Shown here: positions 10,589 through 18,746 of the stretch, piece by piece
Numbering within the stretch: the first letter of the stretch is position 1
How the letters are laid out: every line of letters starts with the position of its first letter
Origin: an uncultured Solirubrobacteraceae bacterium
GTDB lineage: Bacteria > Actinomycetota > Thermoleophilia > Solirubrobacterales > Solirubrobacteraceae
Direction: 5' to 3'
DNA length: 64,000 bases
NCBI GenBank assembly: GCA_964588985.1
Contig: CAZPQW010000002.1
Location: 175,508 to 239,507, forward strand
Program-made: the position numbers and the translations under genes
Notes under the pieces: generated by a model
Databases searched by the model: none
Told to the model about the DNA's origin: nothing
What the model saw: the letters and a program-made list of their open reading frames with translations, nothing else

Positions 10589-11349
10589 GCTCGGCGAACA
10601 CGGGATCCGCCGGCAGGAGGGTGCTGGTGCTCGGCGGCACCTCGGAGATCGCGCTCGCGATCGTCTCGGCGTTGCAGGCGCAGGAGCCGCGCGAGGTCGC
10701 GCTGCTCGGCCGCGACGGCGCGGCGCTGGGTCTCGCTGCGGAGAGGCTGCGCGAAGCCGGAGGTCCCGGGGTGAGCACGTTCGAGTGCGACGCGCTCGAC
10801 ACCGACCGACATCAGGCGGTGGTGGCGCAGGCGTTCGACGAGCTCGGTGGCGTCGACATCGCGATCGTCGCGGTGGGCGAGCTCGGCGAGCGCGCGGGCC
10901 TGCCGAGCGACGTGGACGCGGCGGTGCGGAGCATGCGCGTGAACATGGTGGGGGCCGGGTCGCTGCTGCTGCACACAGCGCGACGGATGCGCGAGGGAGC
11001 GGGGGGGACGATCGTGGTGCTCTCGTCGGTCGCCGCGGAGCGCCCGCGTCGCGCGAACTCCGTCTACGGCGCGTCGAAGGCGGGGCTCGACTCGCTCGCG
11101 CAGGCCGTGGGGGACGAGCTGCACGGCAAGGTGCGCCTGCTGGTGGTGCGCCCGGGCTTCGTGCGCACGCGCATGACACACGGTCTCGAGGAGGCGCCGT
11201 TCGCGTGCACGCCCGATGTGGTCGCGAGCGCTGTGATGAAGGGGCTCGACGGTCGCGCGCACACCGTCTGGGCGCCCTCCACGCTGCGTTGGGTGATGCT
11301 CGTCATGAGGCTGATCCCACGGCCGATCTTCCGGAGGATCGAGCGGTGA
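10585..11349 (+). CDS. dprE2: DprE2-like SDR
   Basis: C-terminal part of ORF 9622..11349; LGGTSEIA, SSVAAER, YGASKAG, VRPGFVRTRMT; ATGA overlap with dprE1. Confidence 0.85.
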   Translation: MSSANTGSAGRRVLVLGGTSEIALAIVSALQAQEPREVALLGRDGAALGLAAERLREAGGPGVSTFECDALDTDRHQAVVAQAFDELGGVDIAIVAVGELGERAGLPSDVDAAVRSMRVNMVGAGSLLLHTARRMREGAGGTIVVLSSVAAERPRRANSVYGASKAGLDSLAQAVGDELHGKVRLLVVRPGFVRTRMTHGLEEAPFACTPDVVASAVMKGLDGRAHTVWAPSTLRWVMLVMRLIPRPIFRRIER

Positions 11350-11648
11350 GCGCGGCGCGCTCCTCCGGTGAGCTGCCGCGGCGGCGCGAACGCGTGCCGG
11401 GACCGCCCGCCGACATCGAACGCCTGCGCGCACGGCGGCGCGATGCGCTGCGCCGGCGCCGGAAGGCGCGAGTCGATCTCGGGCTCGGGGTGCTGGGCGC
11501 GATCGTGCTGTGGATCGTGGCCGCGGGACTTGCGATCGCGGCGCTGATCGCGGGGATCGTGCTCGTGGCGTGCGCGGTGTCGTTCGTGGTCGGGCGCCGC
11601 CGGCGGCGACGCGCGGAGCCCGAGCGGGCGCGTAGCTCCAAGCTCTAG
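11346..11648 (+). CDS. Small membrane protein, last gene of the ubiA-dprE operon
   Basis: GTGA overlap with the SDR stop; two hydrophobic helices flanked by Arg runs. Confidence 0.6.
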   Translation: MSAARSSGELPRRRERVPGPPADIERLRARRRDALRRRRKARVDLGLGVLGAIVLWIVAAGLAIAALIAGIVLVACAVSFVVGRRRRRRAEPERARSSKL

Positions 11649-12103
11649 CGCGGCTCGAGCACGAACACTCCGATGTCGCGCGAGGTGCGCTCGTCGTAGT
11701 CCTCGAAGCCCGCGTACTGCTCGTTCATCTTCCCCCACAGCTCCGTGCGCTCCTCGCCCTCCGTCAGGCGCGCGCGAACGTCGCGGCGCTCGCCGCGGAT
11801 CTGCACCTCGCAGTCCGGGTTCGCCTTGATGTTGTGAGACCACGCGGGCGCTTTGGTGTTGCCGGCGTTCGAGCCGATCACCACCACGCGCTCGCCGTCG
11901 GCGAGGAACAGCACCGGCGCGGTGCGCGGCTGGCCGCTGCGCCGCCCGATCGAGGTGAGCAGCAGCACCGGCGCCTGCCCGACCTTGCCCATCACGCGGC
12001 CGCGCGTGAGACGGTAGATCGGCACGTTGAGCTTGCCGAGCGCGCGCAGCATGCCGGCGGGCATCGACATCGACAGGCGCGAGTAGGCGTGGTCGCTTGG
12101 CAT
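11645..12103 (-). CDS. F420-dependent (Ddn-like) nitroreductase-family oxidoreductase
   Basis: LLLTSIGRRSGQPR, GSNAG...PAWSHNIKANP, RDIGVFVLEP. Confidence 0.9.
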   Translation of the reverse strand: MPSDHAYSRLSMSMPAGMLRALGKLNVPIYRLTRGRVMGKVGQAPVLLLTSIGRRSGQPRTAPVLFLADGERVVVIGSNAGNTKAPAWSHNIKANPDCEVQIRGERRDVRARLTEGEERTELWGKMNEQYAGFEDYDERTSRDIGVFVLEPR

Positions 12104-12164
12104 GAGGCGAGTATGAGCCTAACTCAGTGCGATGGCGCGGTGTGACGAATGTAGAGTGCGTTCC

Positions 12165-13076
12165 ATGGACGTCCGCTACGAGGTGCGCGACCGGATCGCG
12201 CGGCTCACGCTCAACCGTCCCGAGCGCGGCAACGGGATCACGCGCCGCCTGGTGGACGAGCTGGCCGCGTGCGTCGAGCGCGCCGACCTCGACCCGGCGG
12301 TGCACGTGCTGCTCCTCAGCGGCGAGGGGCCGGGCTTCTGCGGCGGCTATGACCTCGTGGACAGCGCCGAGGGCATGGGGGCTGAGGAGGAGGCCATTGG
12401 TGGGGAGGCCGCTCCGAGCGGATCGCCGCTCGACCCGGCGGTGATGGCGGCCAACCACGACCCGCGCGGGACGTGGGACCCGATGGTGGACTACGCGATG
12501 ATGAGCCGCAACGTCCGCGGCTTCATGAGCCTGTTCCACTGCGGCAAGCCGGTCGTTTGCATGGTGCACGGCTTCTGCGTCGCGGGCGGCACCGACATGG
12601 CGCTCTGCTCGGACCTGCTGGTGATCGCGGAGGACGCCAAGATCGGCTACCCGCCGGCGCGGGTTTGGGGCTCACCGACGACCGCGCTGTGGGCGCACCG
12701 CGTGGGCGCCCAGCGCGCCAAGCGGCTGCTGTTCACCGGCGACTCGCTGTCGGGTGCGGAGGCCGTCGAGTGGGGCCTCGCGATCGAGGCACCGCCCGCG
12801 GAGCTGCTGCGGGAGCGCACCGAGGTGCTGATCGAGCGGATCGCGCGGATGCCGATCAACCAGCTGATGCTGATGAAGCTGCTCGTCAACCAGTCCCTCT
12901 ACGCGCAGGGCCTGCACTCCACGCAGGTGCTCGGCACCGTCTTCGACGGGATCACGCGCCACACCGCCGAGGGCTACGCCTTCCAGCAGCGCGCCGCCGA
13001 GGCCGGGTTCCGCGAGGCGGTCCGCGAGCGCGACGAGCCGTTCGGCGACGCCGGACGCTCGACGTTCAAGGGGTAG
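12165..13076 (+). CDS. Crotonase/enoyl-CoA hydratase family protein
   Basis: TLNRPERGN, FCGGYDL, VHGFCVAGG, KIGYPP. Confidence 0.92.
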   Translation: MDVRYEVRDRIARLTLNRPERGNGITRRLVDELAACVERADLDPAVHVLLLSGEGPGFCGGYDLVDSAEGMGAEEEAIGGEAAPSGSPLDPAVMAANHDPRGTWDPMVDYAMMSRNVRGFMSLFHCGKPVVCMVHGFCVAGGTDMALCSDLLVIAEDAKIGYPPARVWGSPTTALWAHRVGAQRAKRLLFTGDSLSGAEAVEWGLAIEAPPAELLRERTEVLIERIARMPINQLMLMKLLVNQSLYAQGLHSTQVLGTVFDGITRHTAEGYAFQQRAAEAGFREAVRERDEPFGDAGRSTFKG

Positions 13077-13128
13077 GGACGGGGCGCTGGACGCTCGTGG
13101 GCGACGGAGGCTAGAATGGCCGCAGTAC

Positions 13129-13202
13129 GCGGATGTAGCTCAGCTGGCTAGAGCGTCGCCTTGCCATGGCGAAGGTCGAGGGTTCGAATCCCTTCATCCG
13201 CT
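13129..13202 (+). tRNA. tRNA-Gly(GCC)
   Basis: GCGGATG acceptor pairs with CATCCGC; anticodon arm TCGCC-TTGCCAT-GGCGA; GGTTCGAATCC T-loop; CCA not encoded. Confidence 0.97.
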
Positions 13203-13206
13203 TCAG

Positions 13207-13241
13207 ACAAAGCCCTCGGATTTCCGGGGGCTTTGTTGTTT
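13207..13241 (+). terminator. Terminator after tRNA-Gly
   Basis: ACAAAGCCCTCGG-ATTT-CCGGGGGCTTTGT followed by TGTTT. Confidence 0.7.
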
Positions 13242-13271
13242 CTGAGGCGGGGTGAGGTGGAGGCGTTTGGT

Positions 13272-13303
13272 CCGTGGGTAGCAGCCGTGGGTAGCAGCCG
13301 TGA
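13272..13303 (+). repeat. 13-bp tandem direct repeat (possible integrase arm-type sites)
   Basis: CCGTGGGTAGCAG x2 plus partial CCGTGA, 70 bp downstream of tRNA-Gly. Confidence 0.6.
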
Positions 13304-13382
13304 GCGTGAATCGCTGAATCTCGATTCGCTGTGATCCGGTCCTACGGGTGCGTGGACGCCCGAGATAGGGCCGCGCCCGTCT

Positions 13383-13481
13383 CTAATCCCGAGCGGCTTC
13401 GGCGCGGGCGAAGATGTTCGCCAGGGGCGTGTCGAGTGCCTCGGCGATCCTGACGATGTTCGTGAGGGAGACGTTGGGTGC
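13383..13481 (-). pseudogene. C-terminal remnant of an XRE-family HTH regulator
   Basis: APNVSLTNIVRIAEALDTPLANIFARAEAARD*, preceded in frame by TGA with no start codon. Confidence 0.65.
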
Positions 13482-13518
13482 TCATCTGATCGCGACAGCG
13501 TGGACGACGCCGTGATCT

Positions 13519-14484
13519 TCACTCGGCCGCGCGCCTAACCTGCCACGTGTCGAGCAGGAACTCGACGACCGCTACCGCAGCGTTGAACGCTAGGCGTCCA
13601 TGACGGCTCAGTGCTGGAGAACGCTTCGCGCGCCCGTGCCCGAGACCCAACTCGTTGCGCAGTTCTGCAAGCGACTGGATCGTCGTCACGAGAGTACGCA
13701 ACGTCTTCTGCGCAGCCTGACTGCCCTTCGCCGAGTCCGGTACTGCCTCAGCGTTCAGGCGCAGCGCGCTCGCGACCAGCTTGTAGAGGTCGAGCACCTC
13801 GGCTCGCGGAGCGTAGGCGATCCCGTAGTCATCGAGGATCAGCTTGCAGATGGTCTCGACCATCTCCTTCGAGGAGGCAATCGCTTCGGCGGGATCTCGC
13901 GCCAAGCCGCGCTCGATTCGGGAGAGATGGTCGCGAATCGCCGCAGGATCATCGAGCCGATCGTGGTCATTGAGATCGAGTGATCTCGCTGGCGACTTTA
14001 GGCCGGTTCGCGGGCGTCCCGCGAATACGGGCTTGCCGGAAAGCTGTGAGACCTCCGCGACTTCCCATCCGTCGCGCGCGAGGCACTCGTTGAAAAACGC
14101 GAGCAAGATCTCCACTTGCTCAGGGTCAGACCGCACAACCGGATGTAGCATCTCGCTGAGGAACCTGACGAAGATGTCATCCCGCCCGTTGCGCAGCTCA
14201 AAGCGCGGGTCCCCGTACACCCAGTCGTCCTCCCAATCGTAGTTGCGGACACGGTGCTGGATGATGTCCCCAACGGCGTCCTTGAAGCGCGAGTCGGTGG
14301 ACGTCATCAGCTCCAATGGCCACACGCGGCCGAGAAAATCGACCTCATCCAGGCGTCCCCACCATGCCACCTGCTCAGCGGAGAGATAGTCCGTGATGTC
14401 ACGTCGGGTGATTGCGGTGATCGTTGGCGGCTTGAGGCGGGTGGGCGGCACACCACCATTCTGAGGCGTGTGGCGGGGGTACAA
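13519..14484 (-). CDS. Abortive infection protein, AbiJ-like (AbiJ_NTD3-like plus Abi_C domain)
   Basis: N-term WWGRLDEVDFLGRVWPL..MTSTDSRF...QHRVRNYDW..FLSEMLHPVVR; C-term AIASSKEMVETICK...LAELRNELGLGHG. Confidence 0.82.
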   Translation of the reverse strand: MYPRHTPQNGGVPPTRLKPPTITAITRRDITDYLSAEQVAWWGRLDEVDFLGRVWPLELMTSTDSRFKDAVGDIIQHRVRNYDWEDDWVYGDPRFELRNGRDDIFVRFLSEMLHPVVRSDPEQVEILLAFFNECLARDGWEVAEVSQLSGKPVFAGRPRTGLKSPARSLDLNDHDRLDDPAAIRDHLSRIERGLARDPAEAIASSKEMVETICKLILDDYGIAYAPRAEVLDLYKLVASALRLNAEAVPDSAKGSQAAQKTLRTLVTTIQSLAELRNELGLGHGRAKRSPALSRHGRLAFNAAVAVVEFLLDTWQVRRAAE

Positions 14485-14729
14485 CGCCGAGGGCGGGAAA
14501 GCATCAGCTCATGCCGCCTGGCGTGTCGGCCACGGCATCAAGGGGATCGTGTCCGCGAAACGCTTGTAGTCGATCGGATCCGAGACGAGTCGCGAGACCC
14601 ACCCGTGGCGCTGCGAGACACTGGCGGCACCTGGCCCATACCCCGGATGCAGCTCGGGCGAGGTCGCAGAATGGGCCTCCGTGTCATAGGCCGGAGTGAC
14701 CTCAGGGCGATGAACCCACTGACGCTCTG

Positions 14730-15098
14730 CTACTTCGCAGGCTTGGGCAGTTTTGGGGCGGGTAGCGAGGGTAGCGTGGGCACCTTCTGGTTGTCGGGGA
14801 TCTCGATATGCGTGTACGAGGTGAACAGCCAGTTAGCCGCACCGGTAGGCAGTCCAGCGATCGCCCAGTTCCTCGGTCCTCCTTGTGGTGGTAGCTGGAA
14901 GACGACCACCTTCGCTTTAGACAGAAGCAGGACCGGTCGGATGAGATCACGCCAATATGCCGCGTCGTGTCCGTTGACGACCCAAACGTCGGGTACACGA
15001 TGCCACCAACCTCTCGCGTGCGCCTTCACAATCGCCTGCACGGCGTTACGCTGCGGATCGTTTGCTTCCGAGGTTGCAATGAGGAACATCTCAGCCAT
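14730..15098 (-). CDS. Hypothetical Trp-rich small alpha/beta protein (possibly Cas2/VapD-like ferredoxin fold)
   Basis: MFLIATS...GWWHRVPDVWVV...KVVVFQL...W...AANWL pattern; 8-nt overlap with the upstream gene. Confidence 0.6.
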   Translation of the reverse strand: MAEMFLIATSEANDPQRNAVQAIVKAHARGWWHRVPDVWVVNGHDAAYWRDLIRPVLLLSKAKVVVFQLPPQGGPRNWAIAGLPTGAANWLFTSYTHIEIPDNQKVPTLPSLPAPKLPKPAK

Positions 15099-15504
15099 GT
15101 TCGCCCTCGCCTAGCTGTCCTGGACCCGGCGCGCTCACCGTACCCTCGATGATCGTGTCGCCGCCGCCGAGCCCTTCGACGTGCTCGCCTGCCAGGCTGT
15201 CACCGAGCGTCAGGCGGCGAAGGGATTCGTACTCGCTTCCGCTCAGCTGCCCAACTTGAAGCCCTGTCGGGTCTTTCGACGCCTGTCTCATGACGCCGAC
15301 CAACAACCCGATGCCGGTCAGCCAAACGGCGAGAAGGATCAAGCCAATCAGCCATGCGGACCCCGTACCCACCAACGCAACGGCGACGATTATCGCCGTA
15401 GTTGCGAGCACCAGAAAGATGCCGAACAGGAACCCGAGGATCGTCCTGGGCTGCGTCGAAGTGCGACTCGCGATCGAGTGGATCATCTGAGGGACGATTG
15501 CCAC
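15091..15504 (-). CDS. Hypothetical two-TM membrane protein
   Basis: Two long hydrophobic helices, then a soluble tail (KDPTGLQVGQLSGSEY...LGDS). Confidence 0.7.
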   Translation of the reverse strand: MAIVPQMIHSIASRTSTQPRTILGFLFGIFLVLATTAIIVAVALVGTGSAWLIGLILLAVWLTGIGLLVGVMRQASKDPTGLQVGQLSGSEYESLRRLTLGDSLAGEHVEGLGGGDTIIEGTVSAPGPGQLGEGEHG

Positions 15505-15648
15505 AACGCAAAGCTACCTCAAGTTCCGGCTGTCAGCATTCCGTTTGGAACCGCATGCCAGTGTCGCACCGTTGTGCCCCCGACCGCGGATCAGTACAGC
15601 ATTCGTCCCTAGCCGCGAAGCCGCTGCCCTCGTGCATATGCTCGTCTC

Positions 15649-16197
15649 ATGGAGAATCGCCGACTATTTGGGCTCGGGTTGATCGGGGCCGCCTGCATTG
15701 CGGCCTGTGTTGGCGCTCTCGTCTATGGGCTCGTACAGGATCCGCAGGTAGCCGGTCCGATAGCCGGTGCGATTGGCGTCGTCGCAGCTGCCGTGGTGCA
15801 ACGGCGATGGGAGAAGCGCCAGGAACTCGAGCGGCTCCGTCGCGAGCAGCTGGCCCCGATCTACGAGCAGCTAATCGGCATCGTCAAGACGATCGGCGAG
15901 GAGCAGGCCGCGACTGCTGACTTTTTCCAGGACTTCTCAACGAAGCTGGTGCTCTACGGTCCGCCGGCGATCATCAAGTCCTGGAACGCTTTCCGCGCGC
16001 TTGAAATGCCGGAGGACATGACTGACCCGACCTACCTCCTGACCTACGAGCAGTTGCTTTTCCTCATGCGCAAAGATCTCGGTCACGACGACTCAACCCT
16101 CCTGCCCGGCGATCTACTCCGCGTGTATGTCAACGACTTCGACGAGATGCGCGGGCTGTGGATCGCGAAGCAGGCCGCAGCCGGTGGCGGCCACTGA
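15649..16197 (+). CDS. Hypothetical membrane-anchored helical protein
   Basis: Two N-terminal TMs; ...KLVLYGPPAIIKSW...LLFLMRKDLGH. Confidence 0.7.
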   Translation: MENRRLFGLGLIGAACIAACVGALVYGLVQDPQVAGPIAGAIGVVAAAVVQRRWEKRQELERLRREQLAPIYEQLIGIVKTIGEEQAATADFFQDFSTKLVLYGPPAIIKSWNAFRALEMPEDMTDPTYLLTYEQLLFLMRKDLGHDDSTLLPGDLLRVYVNDFDEMRGLWIAKQAAAGGGH

Positions 16198-16387
16198 TTT
16201 CGTGAGCGGCGTCGTTCACGTCCGTCGTGCATCACGAGGCAACGAGCCGCGTCCAGATGGGTACGGGTAGTGCTCTCGCGTATGTGCCAACGCTGTTGCT
16301 CAGCGTAGTTTCGTCAGCGTCGGGCGGTAGCGCGCTCGTCATGAGCTGCTGACCCACCGAATCCCACTGAGCCGTCGACTGGAACCC

Positions 16388-16630
16388 TCAGCGTCTGCGC
16401 TTAGCTTGCTCGACGGCGAGAGCCAGTTCCGGCAGCGAGACGCCCAGTGCGTCGATGAGCTGCATGACGGTCGCCCATGCTGGTGCGCTTTTGGCTGACT
16501 CCAGACGGCTGACGGTGCCGACCGTGGTGTCGGCTCGGCTGGCGAGTTCTTCCTGCGTCAGGTCGCGAGCTTCGCGCAACTCCTTGATCGCCAGGCCGAG
16601 CGCTCGGTCCGGTGGGAGCGGCGGGGGCAT
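16388..16630 (-). CDS. XRE-family HTH regulator
   Basis: IKELREARDLTQEELASRA...VSRLES..SAPAWATV. Confidence 0.88.
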   Translation of the reverse strand: MPPPLPPDRALGLAIKELREARDLTQEELASRADTTVGTVSRLESAKSAPAWATVMQLIDALGVSLPELALAVEQAKRRR

Positions 16631-16772
16631 CGACCGGGAGCCTCGCAGGCGCAACCGCTTACGTCCATGCTCGTACTACGTTGCGCGTAAGCGTTATGCT
16701 TCGGGAGCAATAACCAAAGTGCCCCCGCGCCGCGTCAACGGCCGGGGGCGTGGCAAAGGAGCCTTAACTCCA

Positions 16773-17460
16773 ATGCAGCTGGAGGATATCCCGCGAGCTG
16801 TGCCCCCGGTCGTAGCGGTCTACGGCCAGGAGAGCGAAAACGAAGTGCTGGCCGATGAGCTGGCGCTTGACGGCTTCGATACTCGGTTGGTCAGCGATCC
16901 CGCGATGCTCGGCGAGGTCGATCTGATCGTGTTTGGCCGTGCGTTGAAGCGAGGCGCAGGGCTCGGCGCTCTACGCGCCCTGCGAGGAGGTGGGCTCGCG
17001 GGCTCCAGTGCTCGTGTCCTTTGGGTCAGCACCAGCAGCGACCCCATCGACACGCTGCGTGCGTTCGAGGCCGGTGCGGACGACGTGATCCGCGCGCCGT
17101 TCGTGTACGCGGAGCTGTTCGCGCGAGTGCGGGCGCTTCTGCGTCGGTCCACTGGGGAGACGCCTCCCGTGATCCGATACGGCGCGCTGACGATCCACAC
17201 GGCTACACGCACCGTGATCTATGGATCGACGCTCGTGGAGCTACGCAGACGCGAATACGCGCTGCTGCTCCATCTGGCGCGGGAGCCGACCCGCGTGTTC
17301 GCCAAGACGGAGCTGCTGCGGCGAGTGTGGGGATACCCGTCGCAGGACACGACGCGGACGGTGGAGACACACGCCTCGCGGCTGCGTTGCTAGCTCGCAA
17401 AGGCTGGCGCGATCGGCTGGGTGTCTTCGACGTGGGGTGTCGGCTACTGCCTCGCGCCCC
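16773..17460 (+). pseudogene. OmpR-type response regulator with a nonsense mutation
   Basis: AGADDVIRAPF, REYALL, RVWGY...RTVETHASRLRC-TAG(17391)-LAKAG...TWGVGY: the wing continues in frame after the stop; end approximate. Confidence 0.8.
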
Positions 17461-17487
17461 TCGCACAACTATCAACAGGAGGAACGC

Positions 17488-17724
17488 ATGGAGAACCGAA
17501 CGGAGCTGATCCGCTTCGGCGAACAGCTAAGACGGGTGCGTGAGCAACGGCGGCTTACCGTCGCTGATCTGGCCGGCAGGAGCAACATCAGCGCGACGCG
17601 AGTAGCGAAGCTCGAGGCCGGCCTGACTGACCCGAGATTCGACGTGCTGGTTGCCTTGTCCCGTGGCCTGGGCGTTGGACTGACCGCGCTGATCCCCGAC
17701 GACGAGGGAGATCAGGCGAGCTAG
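17488..17724 (+). CDS. XRE-family HTH regulator
   Basis: FGEQLRRVREQRRLTVADLA...LEAGLTDPRFDVL; AGGAGG RBS. Confidence 0.85.
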   Translation: MENRTELIRFGEQLRRVREQRRLTVADLAGRSNISATRVAKLEAGLTDPRFDVLVALSRGLGVGLTALIPDDEGDQAS

Positions 17725-17740
17725 CGGGTCCGGGCCTTCG

Positions 17741-17968
17741 TCAAAGTAGCCGGCTGAATTCTTCGCGGCTGATTCCGGCGGTGCGCAGGATGTTGCCGAG
17801 CGTGCCCTTCTTGATCGGCTGGTTGCCGTGGACGGGGACAGGGACCGCGTCGGGGATGCTGGGGTGGCGCAGGATGTGGTGGCTGCCGCGGATGCGCTTG
17901 ACGTACCAGCCCTGGCCTTCGAGGATCTTGACGAGCTGCTTGCCCGTGACGGCTGGGGTCTGGCTCAC
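17741..17968 (-). CDS. hicA: HicA-family toxin
   Basis: GWYVKRIRGSHHILRH...VPVH...GTLGNILRTAG. Confidence 0.92.
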   Translation of the reverse strand: MSQTPAVTGKQLVKILEGQGWYVKRIRGSHHILRHPSIPDAVPVPVHGNQPIKKGTLGNILRTAGISREEFSRLL

Positions 17969-18189
17969 GCGGCGTGGACCGCTACGCGGTCACGATGCAC
18001 CGAGGGGATGGGAAGGCCATCCTCGTGCATCACTTCGAGATACCCCTCGATTGCCTCTTGGGCGTTCGCGCGTGCTTCCTCGATCGTCTCGCCCTGAGTG
18101 GCGACACTCGGAAGCTCGGGCACGAACACGCTGTAGCCGCCCTCTGGCTCGGCCACGATCACGACATCAAACATGCGTTCTGCGCTCAT
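17965..18189 (-). CDS. hicB: HicB-family antitoxin (short, no C-terminal DNA-binding domain)
   Basis: GGYSVFVPELP..ATQGETIEEA..NAQEAIEGYL...GLPIP. Confidence 0.92.
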   Translation of the reverse strand: MSAERMFDVVIVAEPEGGYSVFVPELPSVATQGETIEEARANAQEAIEGYLEVMHEDGLPIPSVHRDRVAVHAA

Positions 18190-18258
18190 TGGTCTGTCAA
18201 ACGATAGCGCCGACAGTCGCGGTCGGTTCGGGATGACAGGGGAGGGGGCGCTGGAGCG

Positions 18259-18456
18259 TCAGCCCTCACCGTCTGTGGGCAGCGTCCCGAAGTGCTGCTC
18301 GAACTCCTCCGGGGTTAGCTCGCGCTCGTCATTGCGAGAGAGCATCGCCTTGACGCTCAAATCAGGGCGCAAGACCACACAGCCATCGGGACGACGTTCC
18401 TCGACCACGTAGTCGCCCGACAGGTCGCCGCTGAGCGTCACACGAGCCGATTCCAT
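18259..18456 (-). CDS. Small acidic hypothetical protein (antitoxin-like)
   Basis: MESARVTLSGDLSGDYVVEERRPDGCVVLRPDLSV...ELTPEEFEQHFG; same strand, upstream of hicBA. Confidence 0.55.
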   Translation of the reverse strand: MESARVTLSGDLSGDYVVEERRPDGCVVLRPDLSVKAMLSRNDERELTPEEFEQHFGTLPTDGEG

Positions 18457-18746
18457 CGCTCGTACTGTCGCACGCTGCAACGACCGATCCAAGCCGACCG
18501 TCGTCGCGGCCCCCTGCCGATGTCGGTCACTTTGCCGGCACTGCAACGACCAAACAGACGTGATGCACACACCTGCGGGTGCTGTGCGATCGCTGTGTCA
18601 CCTGAACGCGACCTCGCGCCTCAAGCAGCGCCCTCAGGGATCCTGAAGAAGAGATCGCGAAGCCCTTGACCTTTCATCCGCATATGCACACGCCGAGAAA
18701 CGGACGGCGGGGCTGCGTGAGATCTGGGACTGTTAGGGTGTTCGGA

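Noticed and set aside
14500-14725. Startless minus-strand open frame (...RLVSDPIDYKRFADTIPLMPW...) between the AbiJ-like gene and the gene pair
   Set aside because: No start codon or recognisable family; may be a remnant but unsupported without blastx
17391-17393. Programmed TAG readthrough (pyrrolysine)
   Set aside because: No pyl genes in the window; a single AAG-to-TAG mutation is simpler
18673-18681. TTCATCCGC matching the tRNA-Gly 3' end (possible attR)
   Set aside because: Only 9 bp; expected by chance in a region this size
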